Source: an uncultured Pseudomonadota bacterium
GTDB taxonomy: Bacteria; Pseudomonadota; Gammaproteobacteria; Xanthomonadales; Rhodanobacteraceae
Direction: 5' to 3'
NCBI GenBank assembly: GCA_963779795.1
Contig: CAVZZK010000004.1
Location: 129,967-193,966 of the forward strand
DNA length: 64,000 nucleotides
The notes under the pieces are model-generated. The model searched no databases. It saw nothing but the letters and a program-made list of their open reading frames with translations, and had not been told where the DNA came from. Shown piece by piece: positions 19,223-28,860 of the stretch. The translations under genes and the position numbers were made by a program. The number at the start of each line of letters is the position of its first letter. Position 1 is the first letter of the stretch.

Positions 19223-20595
19223 AGCGCAAACGAATACTGATCGTCGACGACGAATCGAAAATGCGGCGGGTTCTGGAGATCATGCTGCAGAAGATGGGGT
19301 ATCGCGTACTCAATGCCGGCGACGGCGCGGAGGCGCTCGATCGCTTTCAGGAAGACGCCGTGGATCTGGTCATTGCCGACCTGCGCATGCCCGGCATGGA
19401 CGGTATCGAGCTGTTGATCAAATTGCGCGAACGCGGTTCCGACGTGCCGGTGATCGTGATCACCGCACACGGCACCATCGACTCGGCCGTGGCCGCCATG
19501 AAGCATGGGGCGAGCGACTATATCCTGCGCCCGTTCGACATCGAGGCACTCGAACTGGCCATCCGCCGGGCGCTCGATGGCGTCGCCGTTGCACGCCAGA
19601 ACGCATTCATGCGCGAGGAGATCGAGAAGGAGTATGGTGCGTTTGTCGGCAACAGCCAGCCGATGCAATCCGTCTATCAGTTGATTCGCCAGGTCGGGCC
19701 GAGCAAGGCATCGGTATTCATTACCGGTGAAACCGGTACCGGCAAGGAACTGGTGGCACGTGCGATACATCAGGCCTCGCCGCGTTGCGACGCATTATTC
19801 GTGCCGATCAACTGCGCCGCGATTCCCGCCGATATGCTCGAGAGCGAGCTGTTCGGCTACGTGCGCGGCGCGTTTACCGGTGCCCTGAAAGATCGCATGG
19901 GCAAGTTCGAACTCGCCGATGGCGGTACCGTATTCCTCGATGAACTCACGGAAATGCCGGTGGCGCTGCAGGCCAAGTTGTTGCGCGTGCTGCAGGAAAG
20001 CCGGATCGAGCGACTTGGAAGCAATCGGCCCATCGACCCGGACATCCGCGTGATCGCCGCCACCAACCGCGATCCGGCCGGAGCGATCGATGACGGCAAG
20101 CTGCGCGAGGACCTGTACTACCGCATCAGCGTGGTGACGGTCGAAGTGCCCGCGTTGCGCGATCACCCCGAGGATATACCCGGCCTGATCGAGCACTTCA
20201 TTCACAAGCATGCCGGGCGTCGCATCGAACTGGAGCTGGACGAGGACGCATTCGCTCGATTGGCCGCGTACGCATGGCCAGGCAACGTGCGCGAGCTTGA
20301 AAACATGGTGGAGCGTGCGCTGATACTTTGCGGTGATGGCCCGTTGCAGGAGCGCCATTTGATTTTCCAGCCTGCACGGGGCGATACATCATCCGCACGT
20401 GGCGTCGATGCGGGTGGAACTGCCACGCCGGTGCCACTCAATCAGGCAGTCGACGAGCTGGAAGCGAAACTGATCGAATCAGCGCTGACGCAGGCCGGCG
20501 GCAACAAGGCCAAGGCGGCCGCGCTACTGGAGATCAGCGAGCGAACGCTGTGGTACAAGATCAAGAAACTGCGTGCCGAACAAACCGACTCCTGA
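19219..20595 (+). CDS. Sigma-54-dependent response regulator (NtrC family: REC + AAA+ + Fis-type HTH)
   Basis: ATGA overlap with the kinase stop. REC domain ILIVDDE...DLVIADLRMPGMDG. AAA+ domain GETGTGKELVARAIH and GAFTGA. C-terminal HTH GGNKAKAAALLEISERTLWYKIKK. Confidence 0.9.
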   Translation: MKRKRILIVDDESKMRRVLEIMLQKMGYRVLNAGDGAEALDRFQEDAVDLVIADLRMPGMDGIELLIKLRERGSDVPVIVITAHGTIDSAVAAMKHGASDYILRPFDIEALELAIRRALDGVAVARQNAFMREEIEKEYGAFVGNSQPMQSVYQLIRQVGPSKASVFITGETGTGKELVARAIHQASPRCDALFVPINCAAIPADMLESELFGYVRGAFTGALKDRMGKFELADGGTVFLDELTEMPVALQAKLLRVLQESRIERLGSNRPIDPDIRVIAATNRDPAGAIDDGKLREDLYYRISVVTVEVPALRDHPEDIPGLIEHFIHKHAGRRIELELDEDAFARLAAYAWPGNVRELENMVERALILCGDGPLQERHLIFQPARGDTSSARGVDAGGTATPVPLNQAVDELEAKLIESALTQAGGNKAKAAALLEISERTLWYKIKKLRAEQTDS

Positions 20596-20625
20596 TCGGT
20601 AAAACCGTTCGAAACGCAATCCGCT

Positions 20626-23600
20626 TCAGACTTCCAGCCGGTCGCCGGGGCGCGCCACCAGCGCATACAGCACCGGCATCAGGAAGATGCTGAGCATCAG
20701 GCGCGAGAGCATGCCGCAGACGATGACCAGTGCGAACGGTCTTTGCGAATCCGTGCCGACACCGGTCGCCAGCGCCGCCGGCAACAGGCCCAACGCCGCG
20801 ACCAGGGCGGTCATCATGATCGGCCGCAAGCGCAGGATCGCGCCTTGGCGAATCGCCTCGTTCATGGCCACGCCGTCGCGACGCAACTCGTTGACATAGG
20901 AGATGTAGACGACGGCGGTGAGTACCGAGACGCCGAACAGGGCGAGGAAGCCGATGCCGGAGGAAACCGAAAACGGCGTGCCCGTGATCCATAACGCCAG
21001 CAAGCCGCCGACCGGCGCCGACAGCAGCACGCCGAGCACGGTGATGAAAGGGAACTTGAAGTTGCTGTAAAGTACGAACAGCAACATGAAGATCACGAAC
21101 AGCGTCAGCGGCAGGATCACGTTCATCTGCGCGCGCGAGGCGGTGTATTGTTTGTATTCGCCGCCCCAATCCAGCCGATAACCTTGCGGCAGGGAAACCT
21201 TGGCGCCGACCTGTTTGATGGCGTCCTGCACCGCGCCGGCCAGGTCGCGCCCCCGCACGGAGAACTGCACGCCGATGTAGCGCGAATTGTCTTCGCGATA
21301 GATGAACGAGGCGCCGTTGGTCACGCTGATGTTCGCGAATTCCTTCAGCGGAATCTGCTGTCCGCCGGGCGTGGTCACGGGGATGTTGCCGATCTGCGTG
21401 GGGTTGTCGCGATAGCGTTTATCCAGCCGCACGACCAGGTCGAATTCCTTTTCACCCTGCACGACCCGCGTTGCCACGTCGCCGCCGATGGCGGTCTGGA
21501 TCAGGTTGTTGATGTCGTCGACGTTGAGGCCGTAGCGGGCGATTTTGGCGCGGTCGATCCTGATCGTCAGGCTGGGCTGGCCGAGTTCCTTCACCAGGGT
21601 CACGTCGGCGATGCCGCGAACCTGTTCGAGCACCTGTTTGATGGCCTTGCCCTTGATCTGCAGCGTCTGCAGGTTCGAGCCGAATACCTTGACGGCCAGT
21701 GCGCTCTTCAATCCGGTTTCGGCCTCGTCGACGGCGTCCTCGGCCGGTTGCGTGTAATTGAACGTGATGCCGGGGAAGGCCTTGAGCTTGTGATCGATGG
21801 CCGCGATCAGCTCCGGCTTCGTGCGGTACCGGCCGGTCCATTGCGAATAGGGTTTCAGGCCGACGAAAAACTCGACATTGAAAAAGCCGGTCGAGTCGGT
21901 CCCGTCGTCCGGCCGGCCCAGTTCGGAAGTAACCGTGGTGACCTGCGGGAACGAACCGATGATCCGGCGTATTTTCGGTGCAATCTTGGCCGACTCGTTG
22001 AACGAGATCGTATACGGCATGGTCGCGCGCACCCACAACGACCCTTCGTCCAGTTGCGGCATGAACTCGGCGCCGATGCGCGGAATCAACAGGATCGAGC
22101 CGAACAGCAACATGGCGCAGAGGCCGATCGTCCAGCGTGGATGCGCCAGGCTCCGGTCCAGGCCCTTGGTGTAGGCGGACTTGATCCATTCGTAAGCCTG
22201 GTTGGGCCGTTCGCGCACGCCCTTGCGCATGAACCATGAACACAGCACCGGCAACAGCGTCAGCGTGATGATCAGCGAGCCGATCAGCGCGAATATCATC
22301 GTGTCCGCCATCGGCTTGAACAGCGTAGCGGACGGCCCGGTCAGGGCGTAGATCGGCAGAAAGCCGGCGACGATCACGGCAACCGCATAGAACAGCGGGC
22401 GATCCACTTCCGCGGCCGCATCGCGGATTACCTCGATGACGTTGACCGGTTCTCCGGCGCGCGCGGCGAGCTGGCGGAAGATGTTTTCCACCATGAATAT
22501 CGCGCCGTCGACGAGAATGCCGAAGTCCACGGCGCCGATCGACAGCAGGTTGGCCGAAGCGCCCTGCAGGCCCAGGCAGAAAAACGCAAACAACAACGCC
22601 AATGGAATGGTCAGCGCGACAATCAACCCGGCGCGGATGTCGTAAAGGAAAAAGATCAGCACCACGATGACCAGCAGCATGCCGCTGAACAGGTTGTGTT
22701 CCACGGTGCGCGTGGTCCGCGCAATCAGGTTGCTCAGGTCGTAGAACGGATGGATGCGCACATCCGGCGGCAGCACGTGATCATTCAGTTCCCTGGTTTT
22801 TTGCTCAACACGATTGAGCACTTCCTGCGTTTTCTCGCCCTTGCGCATCATGATGACGCCTTCGACGGCGTCGTTGTGCTTTTCGTAGCCGAATTCGCCC
22901 AGCCGCGGCGCCGCGCCGATGACCACGCGGCCGACGTCCTTGACCCTGACCGGCGTGCCATTGTGGGCGGCCAGCACGACGTTGCCGATGTCCTGCAAAT
23001 CCGTCAGGCGGCCGAGGCCGCGCACGTAATAGAACTGCCCGCCCTGCGAATAGAAACCGCCGCCGGCATTGGCATTGTTCGCCGCCAGCGCGGCTTCGAC
23101 CTGTTGCACGGACAATCCCGCACCGGCGACCTTGGCCGGGTCCAGCAGCACCTGGTATTGCATCGTGCCGCCGCCGAAACCGGAATCGTCGGCCACACCC
23201 GGAACCGAGCGGTAGGCCGGCTCGACGGTCCAGTCCTCGAATGTCTTCAACTCCATCGGCGAGCGGTCGGGACTTTGCAGCACGTAACGGTAGATCAGCC
23301 CCGACGGCGCGGTCAGCGGCGATATCGACGGCGTCACGCCATCCGGCAGGCTCAGGTCGCCCATGCGATTGAACACGCGCTGGCGCGCGAAGTAGTTGTC
23401 GGTGCCGTCGGTGAACGTGAGCGTGACGTCGGACAAGCCGTATAGCGAAATCGAACGCATCGTCGTCGTGTGCGGGATGCCGTTCATGTCGCGTTCGATG
23501 GGGACCGTGATCAGCCGCTCGACTTCCTCGGCGGCATGCCCCGGCCATTGCGTGATGATCTCCACCATCGGCGGCGAAAGATCCGGGTAGGCATCCATCG

Positions 23601-23748
23601 GCAGCCGCTTGAACGACCAGATGCCGACTCCGACCAGGATCGCCGTCAGCAGGATCACGATAAAGCGCTGTCCCAGCGACGAGGCGACGATACGGTTGAT
23701 GATCGACGCGGCCGCGGCCGGATGATTGGACGGCGACGGATCACTCAT
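20626..23748 (-). CDS. czcA: Heavy-metal-efflux (HME) RND transporter, CzcA/CusA family
   Basis: 1040 aa with 12-TM RND architecture. The TM4 motif GAVDFGILVDGAIFMVENI is characteristic of HME-RND pumps. Confidence 0.85.
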   Translation of the reverse strand: MSDPSPSNHPAAAASIINRIVASSLGQRFIVILLTAILVGVGIWSFKRLPMDAYPDLSPPMVEIITQWPGHAAEEVERLITVPIERDMNGIPHTTTMRSISLYGLSDVTLTFTDGTDNYFARQRVFNRMGDLSLPDGVTPSISPLTAPSGLIYRYVLQSPDRSPMELKTFEDWTVEPAYRSVPGVADDSGFGGGTMQYQVLLDPAKVAGAGLSVQQVEAALAANNANAGGGFYSQGGQFYYVRGLGRLTDLQDIGNVVLAAHNGTPVRVKDVGRVVIGAAPRLGEFGYEKHNDAVEGVIMMRKGEKTQEVLNRVEQKTRELNDHVLPPDVRIHPFYDLSNLIARTTRTVEHNLFSGMLLVIVVLIFFLYDIRAGLIVALTIPLALLFAFFCLGLQGASANLLSIGAVDFGILVDGAIFMVENIFRQLAARAGEPVNVIEVIRDAAAEVDRPLFYAVAVIVAGFLPIYALTGPSATLFKPMADTMIFALIGSLIITLTLLPVLCSWFMRKGVRERPNQAYEWIKSAYTKGLDRSLAHPRWTIGLCAMLLFGSILLIPRIGAEFMPQLDEGSLWVRATMPYTISFNESAKIAPKIRRIIGSFPQVTTVTSELGRPDDGTDSTGFFNVEFFVGLKPYSQWTGRYRTKPELIAAIDHKLKAFPGITFNYTQPAEDAVDEAETGLKSALAVKVFGSNLQTLQIKGKAIKQVLEQVRGIADVTLVKELGQPSLTIRIDRAKIARYGLNVDDINNLIQTAIGGDVATRVVQGEKEFDLVVRLDKRYRDNPTQIGNIPVTTPGGQQIPLKEFANISVTNGASFIYREDNSRYIGVQFSVRGRDLAGAVQDAIKQVGAKVSLPQGYRLDWGGEYKQYTASRAQMNVILPLTLFVIFMLLFVLYSNFKFPFITVLGVLLSAPVGGLLALWITGTPFSVSSGIGFLALFGVSVLTAVVYISYVNELRRDGVAMNEAIRQGAILRLRPIMMTALVAALGLLPAALATGVGTDSQRPFALVIVCGMLSRLMLSIFLMPVLYALVARPGDRLEV

Positions 23749-24938
23749 TGGCTTTGCATGAACTGCACGAAGATGCCGCCGTCGACGACGATGCGATCGC
23801 CGGCCTTGAGCCCTTCAAGAATGTCGTAACGGTCGTTGTTGCGATAACCCAGCGTTACATGGCGGCGTGCGAAACTGTTGTTGCCGCGCGCAACATAGAC
23901 GAACGGCAGATTTTCGTCGTCGCGCAGAATCGCCGAGACCGGAATCAGCAGGCCGCTGCTCTGGCGACTGGATCGAATGCGCACGCGAACGTACATCTGC
24001 TTCTTCAGGGTGTTGTCCGGATTGTCGACCACGACTCGCACCTGCACCGAGCGTGTGTCCGGATCGACCAGGTTGGAAATGTTGCCGACGGTTCCGCTGA
24101 GTTTTCCGCTGCCGTCGCCGGTTTCCACGTCGGCCGTGTCGCCAACGTGCACGGAAGCCACATCGGCGCCGAATACGCGCGCCATGACCCACATGCGCGA
24201 CAGGTTGGCCACGGTGAAACAGGGGGTGCTGCCGGTTTGCACCAGCTGGCCGGGCGTGATCAGCTTTTCCGCCACCGTGCCCGTGACCGGCGCGCGAATG
24301 ATGCCGTTGATGTGCGCAATGGGCCGGCCTTGCCCGATTTCGCGGATGACTTCCTTGGGCGTGTCCAGCGAAACCAGTGCCTGTCGGGCCGCGTCGCGGT
24401 CGGCTTCGGCACTGGCGGCATCGGTGAGCGCCTGTTCAGCTTCGCGTTGCGAAACGCCGTGGTGCTTGAGCAGGTCCTGGTCCAGGTCGGCAATCTGGCG
24501 CGCAGTATGTGCCGTCACCAGCGTCTTGCGATAGTTGCTGATCGCCGAGGCGAAATCAGGCGACTCCACCACGGCCAGCGGCTGGCCTTTCTTGACGTGG
24601 CTGCCGAGCGCGACCATCAATTTCGTCACCGGACCGGAAAACGGCGCCAGCACGTTGGTGGCCTGATCGTTGTCGAAATCGACCGTACCGGTGGTTTCGA
24701 TGGTCTTGTGGAAGTTCGACGCCGCGACCGTAAACATCTTGATGTGCTTGCGTTGTTGTGCCGTGAGCGTCACGTCGTGTGGTGCGGTGCCGGCCTGCCT
24801 GGCGCGTTCGTCGGATTTCGACGAGCAGCCAGCAAGGAAGACAACGCTCAACGCCGCCGTCAGCACAATGCCCGGGCCGCAGCCGGGTCTGGCACGGCCG
24901 AATGTCATCGGCGTACCGCGAGAAGTTCTATTTTTCAT
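23745..24938 (-). CDS. czcB: RND periplasmic adaptor (membrane fusion protein), CzcB-like
   Basis: ATGA overlap with the czcA start. Lipobox-like VFLAGCSS with barrel-sandwich/hairpin/beta-barrel MFP layout. The start could be 24938 or 24908. Confidence 0.8.
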   Translation of the reverse strand: MKNRTSRGTPMTFGRARPGCGPGIVLTAALSVVFLAGCSSKSDERARQAGTAPHDVTLTAQQRKHIKMFTVAASNFHKTIETTGTVDFDNDQATNVLAPFSGPVTKLMVALGSHVKKGQPLAVVESPDFASAISNYRKTLVTAHTARQIADLDQDLLKHHGVSQREAEQALTDAASAEADRDAARQALVSLDTPKEVIREIGQGRPIAHINGIIRAPVTGTVAEKLITPGQLVQTGSTPCFTVANLSRMWVMARVFGADVASVHVGDTADVETGDGSGKLSGTVGNISNLVDPDTRSVQVRVVVDNPDNTLKKQMYVRVRIRSSRQSSGLLIPVSAILRDDENLPFVYVARGNNSFARRHVTLGYRNNDRYDILEGLKAGDRIVVDGGIFVQFMQSQ

Positions 24939-26508
24939 TCGAGTTCCCGGCCAGTTCCGGATGGTGCCACCAGCCGCCACCCAGCGCCTGGAACAGCGCT
25001 GCCGTGTCGGCAAAACGATCAGCTTGCGCTTGTATCAAGCCGATCCGGGCCTGCTGCCAGGCCTGCTCCGCGTTCAACAAGGTCAGGGCGCCGGCATAGC
25101 CGTCCTTGAGTTGTCGCTTGGATAAATCCAGTGTCACTTGCGCGGCATCCGCGGCGGTCGCTGCCGCCTTGAGTGCCGCGGCGTCCTGTTCCAGTGCCAC
25201 AAGCGTATCGGCGACGTTCTGCAACGCGGTCAGCACCGTGCTGCGATATTGCTCGGCAGCCTGCACATAGGCGGCCTTGGCTGCGCGTTCCTGATGCAGC
25301 AAGGCACCGCCCTCGAAAATCGGCGCGGTGATCGAAGCGCCGAGGCTCCAGAACCCGGTGCCGGATTTGAACAAGTTGTCGATGACCAGCGCCGTGCTGC
25401 CGGCGTTAGCGGTCAATTCGATATTCGGCAGGCGGTTGGCGATAGCCACTCCGACCTGCGCGCTGGCCGCATGCAGGTTGGCTTGCGCCTGGCGCACGTC
25501 AGGGCGCTGTGCCACCAGTTTTGCCGGCAAGCTTACCGGCAATTGTTGCGGCAGTTGCAGGCTCGCCAGCTCGAAATCTTCGGCCGGCGCCTGTCCCGGA
25601 TAGCGGCCAGCCAGGGTCGCCAGCGAACTCTGCAACCGGGCCTGCTGTTTCAGCAACGGCGGCAAACTCGCGGCTACCTGCGCCATCTGCGATTGTTGGG
25701 CGGCCAGGTCCAGCCCGCTGGCATATCCCTTTTTGTACTGATACTGCAGGATTCCCAGCATGTGCTTGTCGATGTCGATCAACTGGCGCGTCGCCTCGAT
25801 CTGCTTGCGCGCCGCGGCCACCTGGATTGCCGTGACCACCACGTTCGAGGTCAATGTGTTGTAGGTGGCGATCATCTGGAAACGCACCGCCTGTTCCTGC
25901 GCCTGCAGCGACTCGACCGTGCGACGATTCAGGCCGAACACATCCGGCACGTAGGAAACGCTTACCTGCGGTGTTAACAGGTTGAACTTGTACTCCTGCG
26001 GCACGAGCGGGTAATTGGGCACCGGAGCAAGCGTCAAAGGCATGCGTTGCCGGCTAGCCGAGAAACCGGTCGTGACTGCCGGGAAGTACGTGCCGCGTTG
26101 CGCCAACTCACTTTCCTTCGCCGCGGTCAGGGCGGCCTGCGCCGCTTTGAGGTCGGGATTGTGCTTGAGCGATTGTTCGATCAACGCATTGAGCGGCCTG
26201 GAATGGAACAGTGTCCACCACTGGCCGGAGACATCCGCTCCGATGGCGAAATGCTGGGCCTGTCCGCCCGCCACCTTGCTGGCTGGAGTCGTCGACAACG
26301 GCTTTGCCGAGTATCCGCCGGCTTTGGGCGCATCGGGTTTGTGAAAATCCGGGCCGACGCTGCAGCCGGCGAGCAGCAACAGCACGCACAGGGCAGTGGC
26401 CGATCTCAGGCCCGGTCGCGGCGGATACGCAATGCATGAAACCGCTGCGACGGGCTCATGCATAGTGTTCCGGATTCCGGCAAGCAGGCCGGACCGCGCC
26501 GTGTTCAT
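24928..26508 (-). CDS. czcC: Outer-membrane efflux lipoprotein (NodT/CzcC family)
   Basis: Lipobox LLLLAGCSVGPDF. Two OEP repeats and a C-terminal QALGGGW motif typical of NodT-family OMFs. Confidence 0.85.
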   Translation of the reverse strand: MNTARSGLLAGIRNTMHEPVAAVSCIAYPPRPGLRSATALCVLLLLAGCSVGPDFHKPDAPKAGGYSAKPLSTTPASKVAGGQAQHFAIGADVSGQWWTLFHSRPLNALIEQSLKHNPDLKAAQAALTAAKESELAQRGTYFPAVTTGFSASRQRMPLTLAPVPNYPLVPQEYKFNLLTPQVSVSYVPDVFGLNRRTVESLQAQEQAVRFQMIATYNTLTSNVVVTAIQVAAARKQIEATRQLIDIDKHMLGILQYQYKKGYASGLDLAAQQSQMAQVAASLPPLLKQQARLQSSLATLAGRYPGQAPAEDFELASLQLPQQLPVSLPAKLVAQRPDVRQAQANLHAASAQVGVAIANRLPNIELTANAGSTALVIDNLFKSGTGFWSLGASITAPIFEGGALLHQERAAKAAYVQAAEQYRSTVLTALQNVADTLVALEQDAAALKAAATAADAAQVTLDLSKRQLKDGYAGALTLLNAEQAWQQARIGLIQAQADRFADTAALFQALGGGWWHHPELAGNSNEK

Positions 26509-26554
26509 GCGAAGGGTTCTTCCAGGGGAAAGCGGAGCGTTATGCTATATCATT

Positions 26555-26988
26555 TCAAAAATGTACGATAGCCCTGCCAAAAGTCATGCCGTTTACGGCA
26601 CGGCGAGTCAATTTTGAATCGGCACGGACAAGGTTGCTCAACAACGCTGAGCAAAAAAGCAAGGCGAGGGTATCAAGCGCGCTTATCCGAGGCATCGAGC
26701 CCTGGAACCGCAACGTCTTCACCAACAGCCGGAACGCATGCGAGGGTTGCCGCCGGCCGGGATGGTTAAGCTGATAGCCGCGGAACGACGGACACAGTCG
26801 TCCAGTACGCGGATCAGGCGTCCAACATCGACATGTGCCAGCACCTGATCCTCGGGCAGATACGCAAGCCCGGAACCATTCAGCGCAGCATCGACGCGCA
26901 TCGGGATGTTGTTGAATACCAGCGGGGCATCTACGCGAATATTCACCGGCCGCCTGGTTTTTATGAACTCCCAGGCAAACAGCTCGCC
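26555..26988 (-). pseudogene. Remnant of a LysR-type regulator: C-terminal substrate-binding part only, with one frame change
   Basis: Frame A (ORF 26719..27180) reads GELFAWEFIKTRRPVNIRVDAPLVFNNIPMRVDAALNGSGLAYLPEDQVLAHVDVGRLIRVLDD. Frame B (ORF 26555..27016) continues CPSFRGYQLNHPGRRQPSHAFRLLVKTLR. Together they form the canonical LysR C-terminus. No HTH or N-terminal ~200 aa is present, and padR occupies that space. Confidence 0.6.
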
Positions 26989-27078
26989 ACAGGGTGGCAC
27001 GCGCATGGAAGTGCATGCATCAGCTTGACAACCCACGGAATGATCGCTACCTTGGTATACAAAGGTAGCTTTATTTTT

Positions 27079-27414
27079 ATGTATTCCGACAAATTCAACA
27101 CGCTGCGCAAAGGTCTGCTGGAGTTCCTCATTCTCGGCATCGTGTCGTCCGGCCGGGTGTACGCCGCCGATATGATTCAACGACTCAGCAAAACCGACTT
27201 CGCAACGCCGGAAGGTACGCTGTATCCATTGCTGAGCAAGATGCGCCGTGAGCAGTTGTTGGACTACGAGTGGCAGGAATCCGAAACCGGCCCGCCACGG
27301 AAGTACTACAAGCTCGCGGCCACGGGTCGCAAACAGCTCACCGAGTTTCGCGACTACTGGAAATCCCTGACGAGCCTCATCGACGAACTGGGCAAGCCAT
27401 TATGCAAACAGTGA
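27079..27414 (+). CDS. PadR-family transcriptional regulator
   Basis: Internal ATG 27079. LRKGLLEFLILGIVSSGRVYAADMIQRL...GTLYPLLSKMRREQLLDYEWQESETGPPRKYYKLAATG is a canonical PadR winged helix. Confidence 0.85.
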   Translation: MYSDKFNTLRKGLLEFLILGIVSSGRVYAADMIQRLSKTDFATPEGTLYPLLSKMRREQLLDYEWQESETGPPRKYYKLAATGRKQLTEFRDYWKSLTSLIDELGKPLCKQ

Positions 27415-27935
27415 TACAAATCAGCCTGAGCGGACATTTGAAGACGTTCCAGCTTGAGGAAGACGCCTACGCTGCACTGCGCGGCTACCTCGATCACGCT
27501 CGATCGTGCCTGAAACGCGATCCGGATCGCGAAGAGGTGCTTCGTGATCTTGAACAATCCATCGGCGAGAAACTCGCGCAGTCGCTGCGTTCGGAGAAAC
27601 GTGTCATCAACCGGCGGGAAGTGGAAGTCGTGCTTGACGAGGTTGGCGCGGTCAATGCCGGCGATTACGATAATGCTGGCGGTGCCGCGCATCGTGACAT
27701 TCCACGGCGGTTGTGTCGGATTGAAGAAGGCAAGTGGTTCTTCGGCGTATGCAAGGGACTGGCGGCGTACTCCAGCATCGGGGTTGAGTGGGTGCGCTCG
27801 ATCTTCATCATCGTTTCCGTGTTCTCCGGTGGTGTGCCGATCCTGATCTACCTGATTCTGGCCTTTGTCTTGCCGGTCGTGCGTACAAACGAGGATTACC
27901 TCGCCAGCCTGCATCCGCATTCCGGGGCGATTTGA
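27402..27935 (+). CDS. PspC-domain membrane protein
   Basis: ATG 27402 overlaps the padR end by 13 nt. PspC motif: RLCRIEEGKWFFGVCKGLAAYSSIGVEWVRSIFIIVSVFSGGVPILIYLILAFVLP. Confidence 0.75.
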   Translation: MQTVIQISLSGHLKTFQLEEDAYAALRGYLDHARSCLKRDPDREEVLRDLEQSIGEKLAQSLRSEKRVINRREVEVVLDEVGAVNAGDYDNAGGAAHRDIPRRLCRIEEGKWFFGVCKGLAAYSSIGVEWVRSIFIIVSVFSGGVPILIYLILAFVLPVVRTNEDYLASLHPHSGAI

Positions 27936-28092
27936 CAGCGGATTTGTATCCGTTCCGAGCGGCTTGCCTCGTGCTTGGTGTCGCAAAACCATTTGCGGTA
28001 CAACCCTGATTGGGGAACCGATACAGCGATGGGGCCGGGCGCCGGTTTCGGCTATACTTCGCGAACCTCGTCACTGCCCGCATCGGCCAAAG

Positions 28093-28659
28093 TTGCGCAA
28101 CCTGTTGCACGCCATTTTCGAACTCGGCCTGCCGGTCGCGGCGTTGAGCTGGTTGTTGTTCTACCGGCTGTACAGCCGCGGCGAGCTGGCACGCGACGCT
28201 GATCGCAAAGCGATACGCGCGGGGCTCAAGCAGATCCGTCAGGAATCAAAAACATCAAAGGCGCCTGCAGACAGCATCCTGCAGAAGAAATGGATGCGAT
28301 TTGGCGGAGGTTTCTACGGCGTGGCCGCGCTATGGACGCTGATCGTCATCGAAGTCGGCGGCGCCCTCAGTGCCATCGCGCATCCGTCCAGCATCGGGGA
28401 CATGTTCCGCGGCGGATTGATCGATTTTGTCGTCAACTGGGTAGTCAATCAGTTCAGCACATTTTTGCAGGCGCTGTTGTGGTTCAACTGGTGGGCGGTC
28501 AGGGGCAGTAGCCAGGGCGCCTGCTTTGTCGTCGCCTTGATCGGCTATACCGCGGGACTCGAACTGGCGCGATACGAACATGCCATTGGCAACCGGCTGG
28601 CAGGTTGGGACTGGCGTGCGCAATTGCGCGCCCGGCTTGGTCGCGACAAGGACGGTTGA
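28093..28659 (+). CDS. Hypothetical integral membrane protein
   Basis: 3' part of ORF 27865..28659. No in-frame ATG precedes the first hydrophobic segment, so I propose TTG 28093. About 4 hydrophobic segments (LLHAIFELGLPVAALSWLLFY; GGGFYGVAALWTLIVIEVGGAL; ...). No family recognised. Confidence 0.4.
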   Translation: MRNLLHAIFELGLPVAALSWLLFYRLYSRGELARDADRKAIRAGLKQIRQESKTSKAPADSILQKKWMRFGGGFYGVAALWTLIVIEVGGALSAIAHPSSIGDMFRGGLIDFVVNWVVNQFSTFLQALLWFNWWAVRGSSQGACFVVALIGYTAGLELARYEHAIGNRLAGWDWRAQLRARLGRDKDG

Positions 28660-28860
28660 GAGAGGTCGCGGCTCAGGTTTTCCTCGCGATGCCGGCGCTG
28701 GACCGGTGGCAGCACACCTGAATCATTCGCCCACATGCGACTTGACCGGATTACGCGGCCGGACAACGTCTGCACCGTGCAACGCGTCCGTGTCGGGCGG
28801 GTAACGCAGCAGGACATGACGCACGCTCCAATCGGCACACCCGGAAAATCCGGGCGTGAG

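Noticed and set aside
28820-28860. Short hairpin CCCGGA-AAA-TCCGGG downstream of the RND stop, considered as a terminator
   Set aside because: The stem is only 6 bp and there is no U-tract on either strand, so support is insufficient.
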